A stretch of DNA of 63,577 bases, the filler included, from Actinomycetota bacterium (lineage in GTDB: Bacteria > Actinomycetota > CADDZG01 > JAHWKV01 > JAOPZY01): NCBI GenBank assembly GCA_025963875.1. It is 7 parts of 7 records of this genome, joined end to end, with 100 filler letters (N's around TTAATTAATTAA, not from the genome) between each part and the next. Parts side by side here need not be neighbours in the genome. Positions count along the whole stretch, not along the records: positions 53,191 to 58,789 come from JAOPZY010000168.1; positions 58,890 to 63,577 come from JAOPZY010000028.1; 5 more parts are not named here. One strand, written 5' to 3'. Under the pieces are notes generated by a model that had not been told where the DNA came from, made no database searches, and saw nothing but the letters and a program-made list of their open reading frames with translations. Below, piece by piece: positions 57,364-63,577 of the stretch. The position numbers and the translations under genes were made by a program. The stretch's first letter is position 1. Each line of letters begins with the position of its first letter.

Positions 57364-58514
57364 CCGACGCCGTGAACCCCGACGGGACGCCCGTCAGCTT
57401 CGACGACCTCCCGCTGTGGGCGGAGGTGGACCTCGGCCGGATCCGCACCAACGTCGGCCGGCTGAAGGACCGCCTCCGGGCCGGTGCCCGGCTGCTGGCG
57501 GTCGTGAAGGCGGACGGCTACGGCCACGGAGCCCCCATGGCCGCCGCTGCCGCCCTCGAGGGCGGCGCCGACTGGCTGGGGGTGGCGAGGGTCCACGAGG
57601 GCGCCGCGCTGCGCCGGGCCGGCATCACGTCCCCCGTGCTCCTCCTGGCGGAGCCCCACGCCGAGGCGGTCCCCCATGCCGTCGAGCTTGACCTGGTCCC
57701 GACCCTCTACACACCGGTGACGGCCCAGCGGTTCGCCCAGGCGGCACGCGCCGCCAAGAAGGAGGTGGCGGTGCACGTCAAGGTCGACACGGGTATGCAC
57801 CGTTACGGCCTGGCGCCCCCCGACGTCGCAGGTTTTCTCGAACTTGTCCGTTCGGAGGACGGGTTGCGGGCGGAGGGGATCTGGTCGCACTTCGCCGTCG
57901 CCGAGGACGTCCTCAACCCCTACACCAGGCAGCAGTTCGAGTGCTTCACCGACGTGCTGGCCGGACTCGGCCCCGCCGCAGACGGGTTGCTGCGCCACCT
58001 CGCCAACTCGGCGGGCCTGCTCACCTTCCCCGAGGCGCACTTCGACATGGTCCGGACCGGCATCGCCGTCTACGGCATCCACCCCTCACCGGGCCTCGCC
58101 GGCCTGGTGGACCTCGAGCCGGCGATGTCCTTCAAGAGCCGCGTGGGGCTCGTCAAGATGCTCGCCGCCGGCGAATCGGTCTCCTACGGGCAGCGCTACA
58201 CGATGCCCACCGACGGGGTGGTCGCCACGGTGCCGTGCGGCTACGCCGACGGGCTCCGGAGGGGATTGACCAACGCGGGCGACGTGCTGATCCGTGGGCG
58301 CCGCTACCGGATCGCCGGGACGGTCACGATGGACCACCTCATGGTCGACCTCGGCGCCGACCTGGTGGAACCCGGCGACGAGGTGGTCATGCTCGGCACC
58401 CAGGGGGCCGAGGCGATCACCGCCCAGGAGGTCGCCGACGCACTCGGCACGATCCCCTACGAAGTCGTCTGCGGCATCGGCGCCCGTGTGCCGAGGGTCT
58501 ACACCGGCGTCTGA
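57360..58514 (+). CDS. alr: Alanine racemase
   Basis: AVVKADGYGHG, KVDTGMHR, HLANS, GYADG, TIPYE. Confidence 0.96.
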   Translation: MTDAVNPDGTPVSFDDLPLWAEVDLGRIRTNVGRLKDRLRAGARLLAVVKADGYGHGAPMAAAAALEGGADWLGVARVHEGAALRRAGITSPVLLLAEPHAEAVPHAVELDLVPTLYTPVTAQRFAQAARAAKKEVAVHVKVDTGMHRYGLAPPDVAGFLELVRSEDGLRAEGIWSHFAVAEDVLNPYTRQQFECFTDVLAGLGPAADGLLRHLANSAGLLTFPEAHFDMVRTGIAVYGIHPSPGLAGLVDLEPAMSFKSRVGLVKMLAAGESVSYGQRYTMPTDGVVATVPCGYADGLRRGLTNAGDVLIRGRRYRIAGTVTMDHLMVDLGADLVEPGDEVVMLGTQGAEAITAQEVADALGTIPYEVVCGIGARVPRVYTGV

Positions 58515-58567
58515 CGGAATCGACCGACCCTCCACCCAGGGCACTAGGTATTATGGCGGTGCTTTTC

Positions 58568-58602
58568 GTCCCAAATCCGTCCACGAAATGGACGAATGGG
58601 AC
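58568..58602 (+). terminator. Hairpin downstream of alr
   Basis: GTCCCA..CGTCCA-cgaaa-TGGACG..TGGGAC. Confidence 0.4.
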
Positions 58603-58698
58603 TCGGGGGGAAGGTGGGGTTGACAGCCCCTCACTGGGCGCCGCGGGCGTGCGCGTCGGGGCACTGCGGTTTTTTCTGAGGTAGTCTGGAGTCGGTCC

Positions 58699-58789
58699 GT
58701 GACGTGGCAGACGTTGGCTGAGGCCCGTGACGAAGCGCTCGGCTGCACCAAGTGCCGGCTTGCCGGAGGCCGTACCCAGGTGGTGTGGA
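58699..58789 (+). CDS. Family-4 uracil-DNA glycosylase, N-terminal fragment
   Basis: VTWQTLAEARDEALGCTKCRLAGGRTQVV (CxxCxL..RTQVV); position after alr fits. Confidence 0.7.
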
Positions 58790-58889
58790 NNNNNNNNNNN
58801 NNNNNNNNNNNNNNNNNNNNNNNNNNNNNNNNNTTAATTAATTAANNNNNNNNNNNNNNNNNNNNNNNNNNNNNNNNNNNNNNNNNNNN
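58790..58889. other. Artificial contig linker
   Basis: N44-TTAATTAATTAA-N44. Confidence 0.98.
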
Positions 58890-59292
58890 CGTCGATGTTG
58901 CCCCGGGTGGCATTCGAGTACGGACAGACCTTGTGCGCGGCAGCAACGAGGCGCGCCGCCTGCTCGGGGTCCTGCACCTGCGGCAGGGTCACGTCGAGTG
59001 TTACGGCAAGCATGAATCCGCGCTCCCCGTTGGGAAGGAGGTTCACGCGGCTGTCGATCGAGACGTCCCCCGCCTCGACGCGTTCACGACGAGCCACCAC
59101 GCCGAGAGCGCTCTCGAAGCAGGCCGCATACCCCACGGCGAAGAGCTGTTCGGGGTTCGTTCCGCCCCCGTCGCCACCCATCTCCTTCGGCGTTCGCAGT
59201 TGTACGTCCAAGGCTCCGTCAGTCGTGCGCCCGTGACCGCTCGCACGCCCGCCCGTGACGGATGCCTCCGCCGTGTAAAGAATTTGCGCCAT
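58890..59292 (-). CDS. ohr: Organic hydroperoxide resistance protein (3' end clipped)
   Basis: TNPEQLFAVGYAACF, AHKVCPYSNATRGN. Confidence 0.93.
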
Positions 59293-59328
59293 CTCAGCCT
59301 CCATTTCTCCTGATCTACAAATTTGGCG

Positions 59329-59886
59329 CTACGGGCCGACCACGAGGGGGAACCGGTCGACCTGTGCCAGGTTCGACGGTACGGATCCGGCGACGTGGAG
59401 ATGTTGGTTGGATGAACCGCCGACGACCAGGACGACGGTGGCGTCGGGGCCGCGCTGGCGGCGGAGTTCCTCCGCGGCATCGAGCAGCTCACTGGCCACC
59501 GCGCCGTGGCGGCGTTGAAAGTGCCAGCTCGGCTCCGTCGTGTCCAGCCGGGCGCGGACTTCGTATGCCAGCCGGCTCTCTACATCGTGCGCCGGCGCCG
59601 GGGTCTCGATTCCCGTTGACGACACTGAGCCAGCAGGATCCTGGGCGACGTAGACGACTTCGAGCACGCCCTCCCGGTCGCGGAGCAGTTCGGTGGCGGC
59701 ATCGAGAGCCCGTTGGGCAGGCTCCGATCCATCGAAGCCGACGACCAGAACCACAGGAGCCTCGGGCGAGCTGCCCGCAGTCCCGGCTGTCTGCTCCAGT
59801 GCCCAATCGGTAACGAACGCAGTCCCCGCCGAGAGGTCGGTCCGACGCCGAAGTGTTGTCTCTGGTGGGCGTGTCAAATTGCTCAT
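59329..59886 (-). CDS. Universal stress protein domain protein
   Basis: LVVGFDGSEPAQRALDAA, LVVG...GSV...PLVV. Confidence 0.8.
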   Translation of the reverse strand: MSNLTRPPETTLRRRTDLSAGTAFVTDWALEQTAGTAGSSPEAPVVLVVGFDGSEPAQRALDAATELLRDREGVLEVVYVAQDPAGSVSSTGIETPAPAHDVESRLAYEVRARLDTTEPSWHFQRRHGAVASELLDAAEELRRQRGPDATVVLVVGGSSNQHLHVAGSVPSNLAQVDRFPLVVGP

Positions 59887-59950
59887 GGGGCTCCCCTTTC
59901 GGCAGAGAGTGGACGGCCCGCACTCATGCCTGTAGGGGACCACAAGGGTG

Positions 59951-59977
59951 GGCGATCGGTCCTCAGTAGTCGCTACT
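59951..59977 (-). promoter_or_regulatory. Operator-like motif upstream of usp
   Basis: GGCGATCGGTCCTCAGTAG-tcg-CTACT; 19 bp identical, inverted, at 62705-62723. Confidence 0.65.
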
Positions 59978-59996
59978 GGTTCTGGGGTAGGGAGTA

Positions 59997-62630
59997 CTAC
60001 GGACGCGGCGAAGGCTGGTCCCGCAGCGCATCGGCCAGCTCGTGGCGCCCGGAGATTCCAAGCTTCTCGTAGACGTGCTGGAGGTGGCTTTCCACGGTTC
60101 GAACCGACAGATGCATGTCGGCAGCTATCCGCTTGTTGGAGCGACCTGCAGCGGCATGCTGGGCGGTGTCGAGCTCGCCGGGTGTGAGGCGGACACGTGC
60201 GGTGATGGTTCGGACCGGGGGTGTGTCGGCCCCTTCGCAGCGGGCCAGAAGCCGCGCAGCGTGCTGCTCGGCGGCGGCGCCATCCCGTGCTTGGCCGGCG
60301 CGGCGGAGGAGGACGGCGGCCTCCGCGCGGGCCTCGGCGGCGTAGAGGATCGCACCGAGGTCCTCGAAGTCGCGGGAGACCTTGTGGAGGGCTGTGCTGT
60401 CTCGTGCTGCGACCGCAGTGGCGTAGGCGGCACGGGCAGCCACCAGATCGCCGTCCACCTGAGCGGCGAGAGCGGCCAGGCGAGCGGCCACCTGGGGGGC
60501 ACGGCCCAGGCGGGCAAGGCCGTGCAGGGTGTTGGTGGCGCCGATGAGGTCGCCGATCTCCTCGGCAAGGTCGGCCGCGGCTTCGAGCTGGTCACAGGCG
60601 GCCGCGAGGTCACCGGCGGCCGCCACCGCCCAGGCCCGGGCTTGGAGGAGGTCCGTCTCGATGAGCATCACCGGGGGGAGGCCGAGGGCGTCGTAGGCGG
60701 CGAGCGTCTCGGCCGCCCGGTCGGCCCGCCCGGCAAGCGCGAGTGCCTGCGCGGCGGCCATGTAGGGCCAACTGGCCCCGTACGTCCGCCCGAGCTGCTG
60801 GAAGAGGGCGTAGGACTCGTTGGCCCGGCGAAAGGCGCTCATCGGGCGGCCTTGTTCGATGTAGAGAAAGGCGAACCATCCGGCAACGAAGGCTCCCGCT
60901 TCGGCCCCCGGCTGATCGACAACCAGCGCATAGGCACGGTTGAGGAGCTCCTCGGCCTCCCCGAGCCGGCCCGCGTACACCAGCACCTGGATGCGAAGCG
61001 CAAACAGGCTCCATTGTTCCCAGGGCTCGTCGATCCCGGGTATCTCCTCCTTGCCGGGGGTGGGACTGAGGAGCCGTCTGGCGTCGTCGAGGCGACCGAG
61101 CCGGGCGAGGCTGTAGGACATGGACGCGTGCCCGGGGCTGAGCGGGCCCGAACGGGGGCGCTGGAGAAAGGCCGATCCGGCCTCCACGGCGGCCCGGGGC
61201 CCCCGGCTCATACTCATGGCCCACGAGCGTCTGGCCTCCAGCTCGTGGCGCCAGGACGGGTCGGTGATGGCCTCGGCAGCCTCGTCGATCAGTTGCAAGT
61301 CGGCCTGGCCACGCCCAAGGAAGGCGTTGTCGAAGCGGAGCAGGGCGACACGAGCCCGCTGGGCGTCGCTGGTCACCTGCCCGGCGAGGGCGGCCAGCTC
61401 GTGGTCGGCCTGGTCGGTACGACCCTGGAACTGGGCGGCCTCGGCGGCCACATAATGAGCCGCGAAGCCGCCGCCCTGGTTGATCGCAGCCCGGGCCAGC
61501 CGCTCCGCGAGGGAATGGTCGTGGCGGGTCCGAGCAGCGATCGCCCCCGCCAGCAGGAGCCCGCCGCTGCCGCCGCCGCCGACGAGGCGCAGCGATGCCA
61601 GCCGCAGGGTGTCGTCCCGCCGCCGTCCGCCGGTGGCCTCGAGCACCTCGGCCAACGACCGGGCGATACCTCGCTCGCGAAGGGCGCTGATGCCCACCCG
61701 CACCATATCTCCGTACATGGGATGGGTGAAGCACACCTGGACCCGACCGCCGTCGATGCGGCTGACGATCAGGCCCTTGCCTTCGAGATCTTCGACCGCG
61801 TCTGGATCGGACAGCTGGTCCAGCGTCGCCTGGCCGAGCGGCTCGCTCAGGGTCAGGAGCTCCACGACGGCGCGCTCGGGACCGGTCAGGTCGCCCAGCC
61901 TCAGCGCCACCAGCTCGACGAGGCGGGCCGTGGGCCGGAGCGCGCCCCGAAGACGCCAGATGCCGCCCTCATCGACAAGGGCGCCGTTGTCGAGCGCCCC
62001 GGTCACGAGCTCGCGGAGGAACATCGGACTGCCGCCACAGCGATCGGCGAACTGTCGCACCGACAACGCATCCACCGGCCCCCCCAGCACCGTGACCAGC
62101 AGCTCCTCGATCACCGCGTCATCGAGCACGCCCACCTCGATGCGCTCGGCCGGACCGTCCTTCCACAGGGCCACCACCGAGTCGGGGGCCGCCTCACCGG
62201 ACAGCACGGTGGCGAGGATCGTCGCCGCCCGGTTCAGGGACAGCTGGTGAAGGAGGGTGGCCGACCCGTTGTCCAGGAGATGGGCGTCATCCACGAAGAC
62301 CACGAGCGGACGCCCTCCGGCCCCCTCGACCACGGCCCGGGCGTAGCGTCGGAGCAGGTCACCGCGTTCCTCCCGCCCAAGGCTGTCGTCGTCGGGATCG
62401 GGCGGCAGCATGGACGCGAACGCCCCGAAGGGCAGCCCCCGCGAAGCGTGCGTGGCGGCCGTGTGGGACAACGACATCCCCCGCTTGCGGGCCAACTCGG
62501 CACCCGTCATTGCCAGGGTCGTCTTGCCCACGCCGGCGGGGCCGGTGATCACCGCGCCCCGCTGGGCGACCAGGGCGCCGGTCAACCGAGCAAGCTCCTT
62601 GCTCCGACCAACGAGCGGCCAGTCGTTCAC
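59997..62630 (-). CDS. LAL-type regulator (AAA ATPase, TPR-like, LuxR HTH)
   Basis: LVGRSKEL, GPAGVGKT, VDDAHLLD, GGSPMFLREL, GRSNKRIAADMHLSVRTVESHL..KLGI. Confidence 0.92.
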   Translation of the reverse strand: MNDWPLVGRSKELARLTGALVAQRGAVITGPAGVGKTTLAMTGAELARKRGMSLSHTAATHASRGLPFGAFASMLPPDPDDDSLGREERGDLLRRYARAVVEGAGGRPLVVFVDDAHLLDNGSATLLHQLSLNRAATILATVLSGEAAPDSVVALWKDGPAERIEVGVLDDAVIEELLVTVLGGPVDALSVRQFADRCGGSPMFLRELVTGALDNGALVDEGGIWRLRGALRPTARLVELVALRLGDLTGPERAVVELLTLSEPLGQATLDQLSDPDAVEDLEGKGLIVSRIDGGRVQVCFTHPMYGDMVRVGISALRERGIARSLAEVLEATGGRRRDDTLRLASLRLVGGGGSGGLLLAGAIAARTRHDHSLAERLARAAINQGGGFAAHYVAAEAAQFQGRTDQADHELAALAGQVTSDAQRARVALLRFDNAFLGRGQADLQLIDEAAEAITDPSWRHELEARRSWAMSMSRGPRAAVEAGSAFLQRPRSGPLSPGHASMSYSLARLGRLDDARRLLSPTPGKEEIPGIDEPWEQWSLFALRIQVLVYAGRLGEAEELLNRAYALVVDQPGAEAGAFVAGWFAFLYIEQGRPMSAFRRANESYALFQQLGRTYGASWPYMAAAQALALAGRADRAAETLAAYDALGLPPVMLIETDLLQARAWAVAAAGDLAAACDQLEAAADLAEEIGDLIGATNTLHGLARLGRAPQVAARLAALAAQVDGDLVAARAAYATAVAARDSTALHKVSRDFEDLGAILYAAEARAEAAVLLRRAGQARDGAAAEQHAARLLARCEGADTPPVRTITARVRLTPGELDTAQHAAAGRSNKRIAADMHLSVRTVESHLQHVYEKLGISGRHELADALRDQPSPRP

Positions 62631-62696
62631 GCGCTCCCCTCCACACCGAAACGCCCACGGGGGCCGAGCCGCTCAGTAGTCCCCGCCTTGGAGTCT

Positions 62697-62723
62697 AGTA
62701 GGCGCTACTGAGGACCGATCGCC
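62697..62723 (+). promoter_or_regulatory. Operator-like motif upstream of the membrane protein gene
   Basis: AGTAG-gcg-CTACTGAGGACCGATCGCC; extra CTCAGTAGT half-site 22 bp upstream. Confidence 0.65.
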
Positions 62724-62767
62724 TCACTTCTGGTCGGGTTATGAGACACCAGAAGAAAGGAGCAGTC

Positions 62768-63310
62768 ATGGCTACCTATGTTGGCAATGCGGAGGGACAA
62801 GCCGCCCGGCCCCCGGGCCTCATCCAGTGGCGGGCCCTCTTTGCTGGTTCGCTGGTTGCGCTCGGACTCTTCGTCCTCGCAACGCTCTTGTGGGTTGCAC
62901 TCGCCTATGGATCCGGGGTCACGTACTTCGCGACCAACCTGAGCTGGTGGGTCGGGATCACGGCCATCGTGAGCTTTCTTGTCGGGGCTTACGTCATGGG
63001 GTGGCTGGGCGGCAACAACCGTTACCGCGGATGGGGCCCGGGCCTGGTCAACCCCGTCACGATGTGGGGACTCCTGGTCATCGCGACGACGCTCGCCGGG
63101 GTCCCGGCGCTCGTCGGGAGCGGGCGCATCATCCCCGACCTGCGGGCCGGCACCAGCCTGTGGGCAATGTTCTGGTCGCTGGGGATCGGGCTTGTCACGG
63201 CGGTCATCGGTGCCCTGGCCGGAGGATCGGTAGCCCCGAACGCGGCGACGTACGAGGCAGGAGCGGAGTCGGGATACGCCGCAGATCAAAGGTTTCGCGC
63301 GGCCGGTTAA
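62768..63310 (+). CDS. 4-TM membrane protein
   Basis: IQWRALFAG, four hydrophobic helices; AAAGGAG SD. Confidence 0.7.
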   Translation: MATYVGNAEGQAARPPGLIQWRALFAGSLVALGLFVLATLLWVALAYGSGVTYFATNLSWWVGITAIVSFLVGAYVMGWLGGNNRYRGWGPGLVNPVTMWGLLVIATTLAGVPALVGSGRIIPDLRAGTSLWAMFWSLGIGLVTAVIGALAGGSVAPNAATYEAGAESGYAADQRFRAAG

Positions 63311-63330
63311 CCCAGCGCGGCGCATACCGG

Positions 63331-63351
63331 GGGGCTCACCTTGTGAGCCCC
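63331..63351. terminator. Hairpin between convergent genes
   Basis: GGGGCTCAC-ctt-GTGAGCCCC. Confidence 0.55.
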
Positions 63352-63575
63352 TCAAGCGCGCGCCCTCCGGCGGGGGCCGGAGCCTTGGGAGCCTTGGGAG
63401 CAGGTAAGTCCGCGTTCACTTGCTCGGCGAGCAAACAGGGGTTGTCCACGGGATCACGGGCGTTGACCCGGGCGGCAACGGCACGGAGCTGGGAACGGAA
63501 GCTCATCCGCTCGGCCTCATCCAGCGGGGCAAGGAGGTCGGCTTCAGCTGCCTCGAGACGGCTGTCGAGGGTGGC
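63336..63575 (-). CDS. Probable MarR-family regulator, C-terminal fragment
   Basis: Open from the window edge: LEAAEADLLAPLDEAERMSFRSQLRAVA resembles the final MarR helices. Confidence 0.45.
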   Translation of the reverse strand, partial: ATLDSRLEAAEADLLAPLDEAERMSFRSQLRAVAARVNARDPVDNPCLLAEQVNADLPAPKAPKAPAPAGGRALEGLTR

Positions 63576-63577
63576 GA

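Noticed and set aside
3799..58889. Repeated TTAATTAATTAA within N runs as a biological repeat
   Set aside because: Identical 100-nt six-frame-stop linkers joining contigs; artificial
393..62711. Many long alternative-frame or antisense ORFs (e.g. 4352-6574, 46921-49248, 60042-62711)
   Set aside because: Arg/Pro/Gly-rich shadows of real genes, expected at this GC content; no family motifs
59951..62723. Transposon terminal inverted repeats around the LAL gene
   Set aside because: No transposase or evident target duplication; the positions fit promoter sites

Overview
High-GC, actinobacterial-looking sequence (pepN, GlnR-like regulator, glmS-nnr-alr-udg synteny, many apparently leaderless genes). 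It is not one locus. Six identical 100-nt N/TTAATTAATTAA linkers join seven unrelated contigs (1-3798, 3899-13222, 13323-17877, 17978-31137, 31238-53090, 53191-58789, 58890-63577), so gene neighbourhoods only mean something within a contig. Most content is housekeeping or metabolic: cydAB, ileS 3' end, ppc, M16/M20/M50/S16 peptidases, mrp, pduO-type adenosyltransferase, pepN, class A PBP, selAB, atypical long glmS, nnr, alr, ohr, and a TnpB fragment. Three candidate novel systems stand out. (1) An ECF sigma factor paired with a single zinc anti-sigma (HxxxCxxC)-TPR-probable CHAT protease polypeptide (28461-31137, truncated). (2) A putative copper module: a His-containing membrane protein ending in an RGPP ribosome-arrest-like motif sits just upstream of an exported protein whose mature N-terminus is His, and behind a CsoR/RicR-like box (13323-14766). 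(3) A LAL/LuxR regulator bracketed by two inverted copies of a 19-bp operator-like motif that point at the two flanking genes. Also noted: a CTG-start gene with a hairpin-occluded SD, an unannotated 29-aa membrane peptide, two dispersed palindromic repeat families, and several degraded genes. All calls come from reading motifs by eye; no searches were run.
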